64,000 nucleotides of DNA from Paraspadella gotoi (lineage: Eukaryota; Animalia; Chaetognatha), in assembly GCA_051294375.1 (NCBI GenBank), contig JBJCIZ010001666.1, positions 1-64,000 on the forward strand. The letters are read 5' to 3'. How positions within the stretch are numbered: the first letter of the stretch is position 1; each line of letters opens with the position of its first letter. Made by a program: the position numbers and the translations under genes. Shown in pieces: positions 1-11,187 of this stretch. Below the pieces are notes generated by a model. It saw only the letters and a list, made by a program, of their open reading frames with translations, had not been told where the DNA came from and made no database searches.

Positions 1-540
1 ATACGCATGCGATTGTTGAGAGGTCCTGTAAATTCAATAAGAGTTCCATCTCTGTGGTTTGGCGCTAAATAAATTCAGCCAGGAAATCAGCGCCCAGTAT
101 GTTCTGGTGACGTCCCCAGATGATGTCGAACGAAAGACTCTGGTTCCTACACAATTCGGCGTGGATCGACGCCGTAAGACTTAATGGGCGTCCCGTTTGC
201 TCGGAAGTGGCTCGTCGACGACGGCGAGATCCTACCTCAGGAGGACACCGAGAGCCGACAAGGAGAACCGGAAAGCGATCTCCTCCTCCTCTGGCGTCAA
301 CGTCAACGTCACGAGCCGGCTCTCGATCTACGAGGACGAAGAAGACGACGAGAGGAACGGACCGGCGCCAGACTACGAAGAGAGACGAGGAAGACGACGA
401 CCGAAACGCCCTCCTCATAGACGAGCGACGGCGACGAGGAGACCCAATTTTCGACGAGACGAGGAGGAAGCCGAAGCGGACGAGGTCGCCGCGGACATCG
501 AAGTGGCTCTTACACCGACGCCGTCTTAATTCTCGGTACA

Positions 541-613
541 TCTCTCTCTCTCTCTCTCTCTCTCTTCTTTCTTTCAGTGTACTATATAAATAATTTACTA
601 ATAAATTTTGCCC

Positions 614-650
<37 letters not shown>

Positions 651-770
651 TATATATAAATAATTTATAACAAAATTTTTCCCTTCTCGATGTATATATA
701 AATAATTTACTAACAAAATTTGTCTTCTGATGATATATAAATAATTACTAACAAATTTGTCCACCCTTCT

Positions 771-816
<46 letters not shown>

Positions 817-1642
817 AAAATGTTTCTAGAATTTTATATATTGTATTTGTACAGACGCGAAGTTCGCTTCGTTCTCAATAATTTAATACCCTTCTTTTAA
901 CCATTATGTACGGTATTTTCGGATGCTATTTGGAATGTGGGTCGTCTTAATATAGTTTTTTCTTCTTGCTTCGCGCAAGGTTTTCGTTCAGTCTAGTTGA
1001 GAATATTTTTAACGTTGCACGACCCACGTTTTCTAAGTCCATTGTTATATATGTAATGCACTAACCAAAAATTTAAAAAAAATGCCAAAAAAACTTAAAA
1101 AATAAAAAATAAAATAAAATTGTCGTTATTTTCGTCTATTTAACAACAAATTATCTACTAATATTTCTTTGTATCGTATTTGTTAACAAAAAATTGTCTA
1201 CTAATATTTCTTTGTATGATATTTCACATTCGAAAACCCTAAAAAATGTTTCGTGTCTTTTTTGTTAATGATAAATGATGGTTAATTGTATTTCCCTAAC
1301 CCAACATCTTTAAAAAATATGTTTTCTCTATTTTTTCGTTTCTCTGTACATAATAGCTTCCCTCATCATTCGCTGATAATAAAATGTAAAAAATTTAACA
1401 AAATTCTTTTTATTTTTTCTCTGTCGATCAGACATCTTTACGATTCGAATCGTCATAACGGTTACGAATACATCGTGCTAAAGAGAGAAAGGGAGAAAAT
1501 AAGGAGGAAACGTGTCGTAATCGACCGACCCGACCGACTCGACCGAGACACCAACCAACCGGTCTTCGAAAAACGTTTTTTATTTGGTCAAGGAAAAAAA
1601 AATATTAAATTACGAAATGACGAAATGTCGTCGATGGGGAAT

Positions 1643-1674
<32 letters not shown>

Positions 1675-1769
1675 CCGTTCGATCTCGAATTTCGGATCTC
1701 TCTCTCTCTCTCTCTCTTCTCTCTCCTTCTCTCTCTCCTCTCTGAACTTCGAATCTCGAAATTTCGGAA

Positions 1770-1808
<39 letters not shown>

Positions 1809-1832
1809 CATTCGAATCTCGAAACATTTCGG

Positions 1833-1870
<38 letters not shown>
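541..1870. repeat. (CT)n microsatellites interleaved with short tandem units; candidate subterminal/TIR region of the Polinton
   Basis: Four copies of TATATAAATAATTTA(C/T)..ACAAA(A)TTT at ~583-760 and repeated (T)CGAATCTCGAAATTTCGGA-like units between (CT)n runs at ~1645-1870. No matching partner end is visible. Confidence 0.6.
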
Positions 1871-1871
<1 letters not shown>

Positions 1872-2078
1872 AGAAGAAAAACCGCTGCTAACTGACGGTC
1901 GAACGAAAGAACTCTCTATCGTTTTTTTAATAGGTAAAAAAAACAGTAATGATTCATCGTATGTACATATATTTATAAATTATTATTGGCAAACAAATAA
2001 TCATGGTGCGAGAATTATTTATATACATATTTACAAGTATCAAAATTATTCCCCTTCTTTTTTTTTCCTAAAATTTCC

Positions 2079-3987
2079 TTATATTTCTCTTTGAGGGCGG
2101 TGGTATTTCGTTAACATTCTTTTTTCGGTGAATTTGATATGAGGGTGATTAAAGGCAAGTTTGCAACGAAAAAACTTCAAGTCCAAGGATTTTAAACTTT
2201 TTTTTGATAATTCAACAAGATACATAAAATGTCTATGACTACGTAACGAACATGATTTAGTATATTGTACATTTTGAAAAATATAAACTTTTTACGTAGT
2301 CCTTCATAACGATTTTTTCCGCCGCGGCACTATCCATCCTTTCAGTCTAATCTTTTTATCATAACTTTCTTTTTTATAGTCGAAAGTCAACAAACTGTAA
2401 GCTTTGGCCTTCAGACCGGCAAACTGCGCGACTATTTGATTCGGGGGTAAGTCGATCTTAAATTTACCATTAACTTTTTCTTCTTTTTTTGCCATTCGAA
2501 AAGAGTGTCCTTTATATCTTCATTCGGTGAAATAAGGATGATCTTTATCCAGATTGCTACGTCCAGTAGCTTGTGTAATTTAGCCAATGATTTATAAAAA
2601 AAATCCGGACCGTCTGACTTTGAATTGAATAATACTTTCAGCATACCGAATCCGTGTCGAGAGCGAGGACTCTCACGTTATTGTTCCCGGGGAAGGTGCG
2701 GAAACTGGGCAATATGAATTCGTGGAGGCATATCTGGAGGTAATATTTTGAAAGTCAAGAACTCCCATCAGTAAAGATGCAGTCGTCCAACAGTACTTTT
2801 TATTGTAAGATTTCGAGTAAATGCAATTTTCTGAAAGATCATCGCGTCGATGAAGGCGTGGTCGGATATGGTCTTCAGCGCCTCTCTTTTCGCTAGTAAT
2901 AAACTTAAAATTTAATCGATTCGCCCTCCCGCCGACGAGCTTGCCGTAGATTACGTTTGAGAGCAATTTTGCTCTAGAGCATTGTATTTTGCTCTTAGAT
3001 TTTGCCCTTAAATCGATATTTCCTTGCACGAACTCTCGAAACAGCACTTTTTGGTAAAAAAAAATAATATTATTGACTCTGCTTAGTTTTACCCCTTTCG
3101 TCAGCAAATACTTAAGAAAAACAAAATGTATGAGATAATGTTTTTTCTTGTTAAAATCTATGATTAATTTTTGAACTTTAGTGTTTTTCGATCCGGTTTT
3201 GGCCATAAGAATCTTAGTGAGTGGGGACAGTTCGTCTGGGTCGATGAGTCTGTTTTCGGTCAGAGGGGGGAACATCTCGAACAAATGCTTCGCCCTTTCA
3301 GTGTAAACTAAATCCACATTAAGAAAATAACCTATATTACCAAAATTATCTATGTTATTACCTGAATTAATTAAAAATTCTCTTTTAATCTCTTTCAGTT
3401 CCTGACCCCTCAAATATCGTAAACCGGCATAAGGCAATTTGTATTTTAATAAAATACTAGCGTATAAAGAATTGATATCTAAGGGCAAAATTGAGCAGGA
3501 ATCGTAATGAGGGGTGAGGTGATATGTCAGTCCTCGCCAAATCTCTTCACCCCCCCCTTTTTCCTCTCCCTGGGATCGAGGTTCTCCCGATTTAATATGA
3601 TTTTTTAACTCAAAATTAAAGCTTCTTTCCGCTTCCTCTAATAATTTATCGCTTATTTTAGTTATGTCTTCTGGGATGGGTTTGGTAATTAATTCGTCAT
3701 TCGACTGAGCATAGTTCACGAAGATCCCTGACCAACCCCCCCGTATCGATCGACGAATTTCTTTATGAATATCAATGGATCTGACGCATTCTAATTTTAC
3801 ATTAGATTTATATTTACATGCATCAAACGCAAAGGCTGGTAATGACAAATAACGAGTTATGTCTAATTTAAAGATAGAATATAATTCTTTTCTTAAATTA
3901 ACGATGTTGTCTAATAAGAGACTGGTGTCTAATTTCACGTAAATGCTGGCGTATTCCCCCAAATTTTTACATTTTAATTTATTATAA
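2079..3987 (-). pseudogene. polB: Protein-primed DNA polymerase B copy 1: intronless, 5'-truncated at ExoIII, frameshifted
   Basis: ExoIII-like NLGEYASIYVKLDT, SIRGG, motif A LDINSLY, GYFLNVDLVY, motif B KLLSNVIYGK (ORF 2673-3962). Motif C ALDTDS at ~2648-2665 and KVNGKFK/FAGLKAKAYS (ORF 2304-2495) lie in shifted frames. Confidence 0.92.
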
Positions 3988-4461
3988 CCAGAAAATTTAA
4001 AAGATACTCATCATTTACTCCTAATAATTGACGACCTTATAAACGTGGTTCCTAGTTTATGGATCGAAGACTTATATTGTAAAATAGTTCATCATAGAAT
4101 GGTCAGCGCTATAACTACGATTCACAATATTTTCGAAAAATATCCCGTCTCCTTTCGAAAAATTTCTTTAAATACCAACTTCATTTTGATCACAAAGTTT
4201 ATACGCGACCGCTCAACCTATTTTAAATTGTCTCAACAATTTTCTCCTCAGTGTCCTAGCCTAATATACGAAGCTCATCAGAATTCTCAATATATAAACC
4301 CGCCTTACGGATATCTGTTATTAAATTTTCAACTTTCTTGCCCCGAGAAATTAAGAATAACCACTAATATTTTACCGGACGACCCGGGAGATCCGGTAGC
4401 TTACTTGGAGCGGCATGACGTCGAAAAGAGGAAAGGGTCGACGGGAAGGCGTGGATATTGA
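3988..4461 (+). pseudogene. Genome-packaging ATPase (A32/FtsK-like), C-terminal half only
   Basis: The frame upstream of ORF 4045 reads PENLKDTHHLLLIIDDL (Walker B), then VHHRMVSAITTIHNIF, RKISLNTNFILI, PYGYLLLN and LRITTNILP, as in Polinton ATPases. No Walker A; a stop precedes at 3985-3987. Confidence 0.88.
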
Positions 4462-4852
4462 GAGGGACGAGATGGCGAGAAGGCGGTTGGAGTCGAATTT
4501 ACCTGAAATGAAACATTTAAACGGGTTAAAATCCAAACATCAAAAAAATTTCATTCAATCCGCGAAATCTAAAAGCCTAATTTATACTCTGGCCGAAGTG
4601 GCTCATAATTTATTAGCTTCCAACATTAAAATTAATCAAGATTTAATAAATAAATTGAAACCCTATAAAAAGCAAATTCATCTACTATCTCTCAAATCGA
4701 TTTCTCTGAAAAAAAGAAGACATTTACTCAGACGAGGAAAGTTTTTAGGAACGTTACTATCCGTTCTTCTACCTTCTTTAATTACTTTATCCGTTGAATT
4801 GGCTACCAGAAATAAAAATAAAACTTCGACTCGACGACAACAAAAATCATGA
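4415..4852 (+). CDS. Conserved small basic Polinton protein (GasderminX-like candidate membrane-active virion protein)
   Basis: AEVAHNLLASNI...LKPYKKQIHLL...SLKKRRHLL.RGKFLGTLLSVLLP pattern with a C-terminal hydrophobic helix, typical of the ORF next to the ATPase in animal Polintons. Confidence 0.8.
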   Translation: MTSKRGKGRREGVDIERDEMARRRLESNLPEMKHLNGLKSKHQKNFIQSAKSKSLIYTLAEVAHNLLASNIKINQDLINKLKPYKKQIHLLSLKSISLKKRRHLLRRGKFLGTLLSVLLPSLITLSVELATRNKNKTSTRRQQKS

Positions 4853-5766
4853 ACGTTAATTTAAAAAAAAATGAAGACGTTCCACCGCCCATGAAATATC
4901 TAGAAAAACTTTATTTGGTTCCCGCTAATCAATATTTATCTAAATTTAAAGAAAATCGGGATGAAACGAAAAAAAAGGATTCTACCTTATTACCCACTAA
5001 CTTAAACGAATCGGGTCTTCAAGATGTCCCACCCGATGTTAAAATTAGAAAATTTAACGATGAATTTATGAGGAATAAAAAGTTAAGCGAGAATGAAACT
5101 TCTAAAGAATGGTCTCAGTTACATCAGAGAATTCATCCCATTATCCAAGATTTGAGAAAAAACACCGAAGAGCGAATTATAAATAAATATGATAAAATTA
5201 AATTGGATCCATACGAAGAAAAAATTTTAAAAATAATAGATGAAATTCCTCAAGTTCATCGCACCGATTCTGACATATATTTTAGAGGCAACTTGGTTGG
5301 CAAAACGAATGATATAATAGATCAATTAATTAGTTCTGGTTCTACTTCTCCATTCGACATTCACACTCAATTATTTTGGATAATTAATCACGGGAAAATT
5401 GATGCACCGTTATTGTCAACTAACGAAAAACCGGACGCCATCGCTGCCGCACCAACCACCCCGGCTTCAACTAAAAAAAAAACTGTGGTCCCACTTCGAA
5501 AAAATACGCCATCTGTTAAAACGCCTAAAACCTCTGGTGTCTCTAAAATAGAAAAAAAACCTGTCCCGGGTTCTCTCACCAACGCTTCTTCTCCATCACC
5601 TATAAAAAAGAAGAAGAAACCCGTGCCGCTTTCTGCCGTTTTACCCGGGGTAAAAACTAGACAACAACAACAACAACAACAAAAGAAAAAAAAACAGGGT
5701 GATGACGACGACAACGACAACGACGACCTTGCCCTCCCACCCGTCTATAAAGGAGTCTTCGACTGA
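4849..5766 (+). CDS. Uncharacterised Polinton protein with Lys/Pro-rich tail
   Basis: 305-aa ORF with ATGA overlap to the previous gene. The N-terminal KLYLVP...PPDVKIRKF motif resembles the usual pre-integrase Polinton ORF. Confidence 0.7.
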   Translation: MNVNLKKNEDVPPPMKYLEKLYLVPANQYLSKFKENRDETKKKDSTLLPTNLNESGLQDVPPDVKIRKFNDEFMRNKKLSENETSKEWSQLHQRIHPIIQDLRKNTEERIINKYDKIKLDPYEEKILKIIDEIPQVHRTDSDIYFRGNLVGKTNDIIDQLISSGSTSPFDIHTQLFWIINHGKIDAPLLSTNEKPDAIAAAPTTPASTKKKTVVPLRKNTPSVKTPKTSGVSKIEKKPVPGSLTNASSPSPIKKKKKPVPLSAVLPGVKTRQQQQQQQKKKKQGDDDDNDNDDLALPPVYKGVFD

Positions 5767-6911
5767 TGAAATTAAAGATTCAATTTTAAAAAACATATAT
5801 TATAGCCCGGATCACCCGGGTTCATTCGGGGGCATCGATAATTTATACAGATATGCCAAATTAAAAATACCCCGGTTAAAAAAAAAGGATGTTAAGGACT
5901 TTCTCTCAAAACAAAACACTCACACTTTATTTAAAAAATCGCGTGATCAACCTAAACATTATCAATCAACGAATAAATTGTTTTTAAATGAAATTTGGGC
6001 CGCTGACTTGGTAGACGTGGGGACCCTTAAACCATACGGGAAACCTTACACCTTTTTTCTTTCCATCGTTGATCAATTTAGTTTTTGTTACGCTCGCCCG
6101 CTGAAAAACAAAACTGGAGGCGAGGTTGCTGCCGCATTTCGATCGGTGTTTGAGGCAAATAATCACGTAACTTGCATGCGGATGCATCTTGATTCTGGCT
6201 CAGAATTGTTTAACAAAGAAGTTAAAGGGTTAATGGAAGAATATGAAATTGAAATGTATACGACTTCCACGAATAAAAAAAGTTATTTAATCGAAAATTG
6301 CTGTATAAAGTAAAAACTGTATAAAGCTTGTTACGCTTTAAAAAATTACAATTGGCCTAAAATTTTACCCTTGGTAATTATATCTTTAAACTTAAAAAAA
6401 CGAAAAGCTTTGGGATGGTTATCTCCTTTTCAAGCAACCTTACCCAAATTTGAATCGCTTCTCAGACAAAAATTTCAAAAAGATTTGCGTAAACACAAGA
6501 AAAAATTTAAAAATATCAAGTATAACATTGACAAGGGAGATTTGGTCAGAATAAAATTGCCGTCAAAACCCTTTAAAAGGGGTTACCATCAGACCTTTGA
6601 AAATGAGTCTCATTTGGTCAAGGATCATTACGGAACTCCGAGATTGTACATTTTAGAAGGGAAAAAAAAAATACTATTTGTGGCAACTGCAAAAGATAAG
6701 TAAACCACCGGAACAAAAAGAGGATTTTCATTCCGTGATTAAAACTAAAGTAATAAATAAAACTACTTTGAGATCGGGACGAAAAGTGGGGGGAACTAGG
6801 CTTTACTTAACGAAACCGGCCAACGAAGAAAAGGCTTATTGGTTAACCAAAAAGCAATTGGATAATCTTAAACATGTTAGAAACTACGCAAGTCCAGTTA
6901 ATGTCGACTGA
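5699..6911 (+). pseudogene. int: Retroviral-like (rve) integrase, split by frameshifts (~6300 and ~6680)
   Basis: IYYSPDHPGSFGGIDNLY, WAADLVD, VDQFS, MHLDSGSEL, KKSYLIE (DDE triad), followed by GDLVRI...FKRGY and a chromodomain-like tail in ORFs 6371-6703 and 6678-6911. Confidence 0.9.
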
Positions 6912-7845
6912 CTCAAACAAAAGATTTGAAAATACACATTCAGAATTTAGAAACGCCTTACCCGAACCCATAATTTTAAATAAGAATTATGAAGTAGCCT
7001 TGCTACAAATAAGCCTCATCAACTCATCTTTTAACATAGAAGAAGCATCGAGCGAATATCACAAAGTGATTATATTTGATTGGCTGTACGAAACTCAAAA
7101 TCCCATAATTCCACAACTGAAATTATACGGAGAAGTGTATAATTTTATCCTCCCTCCTGGTCATTACGACTCTCCAGAAATACTATGCGACACAATAAAT
7201 CAGGCAATTTGGAAATCTATTCCCAGATTAAAAGATCAACCGATTTTAGAATTTAACAAAATTAGTAGATACATATATTTTAACGTTACCGATAAGTATA
7301 TCACATTTAGATTGTACGGAGCCATGTTGTTTTTGCTCGGAGCCGTCGCGGACTTGGAAGATGACATTTTTTTTACTTTGGGTAAAGACAAAAGCCCCGG
7401 CATCGTGAGCTACGATTATCCCCTGTATGACAAAGACGGCGCCCCGATTTTAGACAAAGACGGTAAAATTCAAATGGAAAAAAGACTATTGCGAGACACC
7501 TTGCAATCGGTGATCTTGAAGAGCGACGCGGTCAAAACCGATCGATTTTTTTTCAATCCAAATATGAATTTTAATTCCGTTTTGGCGATTTATTGCTCCG
7601 AAGTGCAAATGTGGATCACCGGGAGTTCTTATTCTAATTTGTTAAGAACGGTTCAGATAGATGAAAAAAATTTGGGAGGGAGACAAGAATTCACGTTTAA
7701 AGAATTAATTTTTCATCCGGTTTCTAAATCATTTATCGACACGATTTCTATTTCAATTCGCGACATGCGCGGGAAAAATGCTGGGCTAAGGGCGGGGCCC
7801 ACCATCCTCACGCTCGGGTTTCGCCCAATCAGAAATAGTATATAA
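6874..7845 (+). CDS. Minor capsid protein (penton, single jelly roll)
   Basis: S.DS...FENTHSEFRNALPEPIILNKNYEVALLQIS, LPPGHYDSPEIL, IYCSEV...GSSYSNLLRTV, FHPVSKSFIDTISISIRD...LTLGFR. The ATG at 6901 is the likely start. Confidence 0.88.
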   Translation: MLETTQVQLMSTDSNKRFENTHSEFRNALPEPIILNKNYEVALLQISLINSSFNIEEASSEYHKVIIFDWLYETQNPIIPQLKLYGEVYNFILPPGHYDSPEILCDTINQAIWKSIPRLKDQPILEFNKISRYIYFNVTDKYITFRLYGAMLFLLGAVADLEDDIFFTLGKDKSPGIVSYDYPLYDKDGAPILDKDGKIQMEKRLLRDTLQSVILKSDAVKTDRFFFNPNMNFNSVLAIYCSEVQMWITGSSYSNLLRTVQIDEKNLGGRQEFTFKELIFHPVSKSFIDTISISIRDMRGKNAGLRAGPTILTLGFRPIRNSI

Positions 7846-7880
7846 ACAATCGATCAATCGACGATTCATCAATCGGTAAA

Positions 7881-8423
7881 ATGATTCACACGATTAAATT
7901 CCCATTCAAACATTTACCACCTTATCTCAATACCCACTCTACCCGTCCCCCCCCTCAATCTCATTTTTTAAACACGCAAAGGGGACAAGGGGCAATATCG
8001 GGAATATTTTCAAAGTTATTTAGATTTATTCGACCCCTAATCTCTCAAACTACCAAGGGAATCAAACCGGCTTTAAAACTAGCAAAACCCATAGCAAAAA
8101 GGGTTGCCGGGGATTTATTACAAGCTAGTTCATCGGCGGCGGTTGGTGGATTAACGGATCTTATTTCTAAGAAAGGGAAAGAACCTAAGGAATCTTTTAA
8201 GAAAGCGGTTGAGACGGGGAAAACTAACGTTAAGTCCGCTTTAAAAAGGGGGGCGGATAGTTTGATGGAGTCTCTGACTACTACCAAAGATAAACCTATA
8301 AAAGTAAAACGTTTAAAAAAATCTATCAATCAAAAGGGAAAAGGAAAGGGGAAAAAAACAAGGAAAAAAAAAAAGAAGAGAAAGAAAAAAATTAATCCTC
8401 GGTTAAAAATATTTTCAGTTTAA
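7881..8423 (+). CDS. Basic core / membrane-lytic virion protein (pVI/pVII-like analogue)
   Basis: QRGQG followed by the amphipathic AISGIFSKLFRFIRPL; a second QKGKG precedes a poly-Lys tail. Lies between the penton and hexon genes. Confidence 0.8.
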   Translation: MIHTIKFPFKHLPPYLNTHSTRPPPQSHFLNTQRGQGAISGIFSKLFRFIRPLISQTTKGIKPALKLAKPIAKRVAGDLLQASSSAAVGGLTDLISKKGKEPKESFKKAVETGKTNVKSALKRGADSLMESLTTTKDKPIKVKRLKKSINQKGKGKGKKTRKKKKKRKKKINPRLKIFSV

Positions 8424-8449
8424 AAAAAAAAAAAAATCTATCATACAAA

Positions 8450-9823
8450 ATGGCTGAGGACAAAATGGTTCGACCCCCGGGATATCCGGTCAATCAAGAG
8501 TGTATAACGCAAGGATTGGATTTATTTTCTCCTAGTTTGAAACAGTATGGGATAATAGGGACCAGAGTCGAGGCCATTTATTGTTCCACGCCGATCACGG
8601 AAAGTTCTTCGGTGATTTCTTTTGAAGTTTCTCCATCGTCGATGTACACGGATCTTTCTAGTATGGTGTATGAAATAGACTTGACCATAGTTAAGGCAAA
8701 TGGCTCGGATTTGGCGGACTTTGCTCCACCGGGAGCCGATCACTTTGGGAACAGCGTCGGGTTTGAAGATGGAATTGCTTCAACGATTTTTTCCGGATTG
8801 AGTTTTCGGGTTAACGGGGTCAATATTTGCGATTCTTTTAATACCTACGCCTACTTGTGTCATTTCATCAATACCTTGTACTATGGAAAAGATTTAAAAG
8901 ATAATAAACTGCGAATGCAAGGTTTTTTCGGAGACAGAGAATTTGATCAAACCGGGGCTCACGACGCGGCTCCCGCCTCATCGTTTAAAACGCGAGCTTC
9001 TTTAACGAGTGGGAGTAAAGTCATACGTTTGTATTCTAACATTCAAACGGCATTAACCACACAGGGCAAGTTTCTACCTCCAATGTCGACCCTTAATTTA
9101 GACTTCGTTAAGAGCAATTTCAATTTCTGCGTGAGAAGCGACGCAGAAAATGCGGAATCTAAATTTAAAATTTGTATTAAACAAATGAAACTTTTGGTTA
9201 GACGAATCGATGTGATTCCATCGCTGAAGATTTCGTTAGAGCAGGAAATAAATAGCAAAGGAGGAGTGTTATATGGTTCACAAATTATGAGCTGTCGACC
9301 ATACGTCATAAATCAAAATGCCAAGAGTGTGTTTTTTGATGGAATATTTTTTAACAATTTAAAACCCAACACCATAATAATCGCCTTGGTGACCCAAACT
9401 GCATTTTTGGGTTCGGCGAAAAAAAGCCCCTTCGAATTTGGGCATTTCGATCTCCAATCTCTCAAGTTAACCATCGATAACGTGGTTTTACCATTTCCTT
9501 CCGGATTAGAGAATTTAGATTATAAAAACAAAAAATATGAATCCGCTTATTGGACGTTGATCAATCAACATTTTAAGTACAACAGTCCTTGTCCAATTTC
9601 TTACGACGATTTCGCCAATGGATTAGCGATTTACGCCATAGAAACGGGTAGTTATAAAAGTTTCATGGATGATCACGACGAACCGCGTCAAACTTGTACT
9701 TCTAGATTAGAGCTGGGATTCACAAAAGATTCATCGAACCCCGCTCTCGTCCTTTTGCTCATGACCGCCTACAGCGGAAATATTTTCTTAAATTCATCCA
9801 GAGACATCTCCATGGACTATTAA
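8450..9823 (+). CDS. Major capsid protein (double jelly roll, hexon-like)
   Basis: Intact 457-aa ORF: LDLFSP, YTDLSS, QGKFLPP, PNTIIIALVTQTAFLGSAKKSPFEFGHFDL, ISYDDFANGLAIYAIE, ending RDISMDY. Confidence 0.92.
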   Translation: MAEDKMVRPPGYPVNQECITQGLDLFSPSLKQYGIIGTRVEAIYCSTPITESSSVISFEVSPSSMYTDLSSMVYEIDLTIVKANGSDLADFAPPGADHFGNSVGFEDGIASTIFSGLSFRVNGVNICDSFNTYAYLCHFINTLYYGKDLKDNKLRMQGFFGDREFDQTGAHDAAPASSFKTRASLTSGSKVIRLYSNIQTALTTQGKFLPPMSTLNLDFVKSNFNFCVRSDAENAESKFKICIKQMKLLVRRIDVIPSLKISLEQEINSKGGVLYGSQIMSCRPYVINQNAKSVFFDGIFFNNLKPNTIIIALVTQTAFLGSAKKSPFEFGHFDLQSLKLTIDNVVLPFPSGLENLDYKNKKYESAYWTLINQHFKYNSPCPISYDDFANGLAIYAIETGSYKSFMDDHDEPRQTCTSRLELGFTKDSSNPALVLLLMTAYSGNIFLNSSRDISMDY

Positions 9824-9845
9824 TTAATTCCATAATTAATTAATA

Positions 9846-10400
9846 ATGTATTCCTTAGCCATAGATAAAATTTTGGGAAACGATCATTTCGCTGGAAAAA
9901 TATTTTTGGGGAGTCATCCTAGCGACAATTTACCCACCCCCATTAGTCCAGTTTGCGCAATCACCGCCAACCATTCGTCTTCGGAATCCGAAGGGAGTCA
10001 TTGGAGCAGTTTTTACTTCACTCCGGACAAAGTCGTGTACTTTGATCCCGTTGGTTCATCTCCTCTGGTGAATCCCCGATTTGAAAAGTATTTAAAGGAC
10101 AACGTTCCCCCTTCTAAGCCCATTTACTTCAACAATTTTCAATTGCAAAACGATTATTCGGCGACTTGTGGAAATCATAATATTTTATTCGTTCTTTATT
10201 CCGCGCGAAATTATTCGTTAAAAGAAATTTTAGAAGAAGTATATGAAATAAAAGAGAAAAAACATTTAAAAAATCCTTGGTACTTTGACGCCTTAGCTTG
10301 GTCGGTGATCAGCGCCTTCGAAGCCGACCCCACCCCTTTGGTCAACGAAGAAGCCTTTTTTTTCCCCCATTTCATCGAACAACAACAACAAAAAAAATAA
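9846..10400 (+). CDS. Adenain-like cysteine maturation protease
   Basis: Catalytic signature GSHW / YFDPVG / QLQ / TCGNH in a 184-aa ORF directly after the major capsid gene. Confidence 0.92.
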   Translation: MYSLAIDKILGNDHFAGKIFLGSHPSDNLPTPISPVCAITANHSSSESEGSHWSSFYFTPDKVVYFDPVGSSPLVNPRFEKYLKDNVPPSKPIYFNNFQLQNDYSATCGNHNILFVLYSARNYSLKEILEEVYEIKEKKHLKNPWYFDALAWSVISAFEADPTPLVNEEAFFFPHFIEQQQQKK

Positions 10401-10454
10401 ATAAAAAGAAAAAAAAAGAGTATAAAAGAAGGAAGAAGAGAAGAAAAAAATATC

Positions 10455-10972
10455 ATGTCTCAAAGAGAAGCGGAAGAAGGAAGAGAGGAAAAAAAAATTT
10501 TTAATTTAATCGAGAACGAAGACTCGGATCCCGGAAGTAGCCTCCACGACTCCGCCAACGGTTCCAAAGACTCCGGCGTCTACTTATCCGATAGCGATGG
10601 TCAAGAGGAGGAGGCGAAGGAGGAGGAGGCGATCGCACCCAGGTGTTGTTCGTGCCCATGCGCTCGGTGTCAAGGGCAAGGGACGCCGCCGGGGTTGCGG
10701 CGAAAGAAGAATATCGAAATGATTGGTGGAAGTGGGGTAGCAAGTGGCGCCAAGAGACGCGGTCGAAGGAAGACCCGAGGTGCATCCACAATGGCCAAGG
10801 GATTAACGGATCTGATGGCCGCGAGTCCAATGGCTGTCCGTCCAATTTCGAAATTGGAGCTTTATCGGCGCAATTTGCGAACTTGAGCATCAACGACTAC
10901 TCTGACGACGACAACGACGACGATGTCAACGACGAAACCGCCCTTCCCACCATCACACCGGCCGAGAGATAA
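10455..10972 (+). CDS. Small acidic, Cys-containing accessory protein (probably one gene with a frameshift near 10690)
   Basis: Two overlapping ORFs (10455-10886, 10643-10972), each protein-like at one end; contains DSGVYLS and CCSCPCARC. Confidence 0.5.
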
Positions 10973-11187
10973 AGAAACTGGATCTGAAGAAGCGAGGAAG
11001 AGGACGAAGAAAATAAAAAAAATGACAAAACAAAGTGAAATTCCCCCTCTCTCAAAAAAAATAGTATAAAAGTTGGAGAAGATTCGCATCGAACTTATTT
11101 TTTATCTAAAAAAAATAAAATTTCTCTAAAAAAAAACAACAAAAAAAAACCCGAGTGCAAAAAATCATCATCATCATCATCATCATC

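Noticed and set aside
65-593. Overlapping Arg/acidic ORFs at the window start
   Set aside because: Possibly the end of an accessory gene, but no recognisable motif and the frame cannot be chosen.
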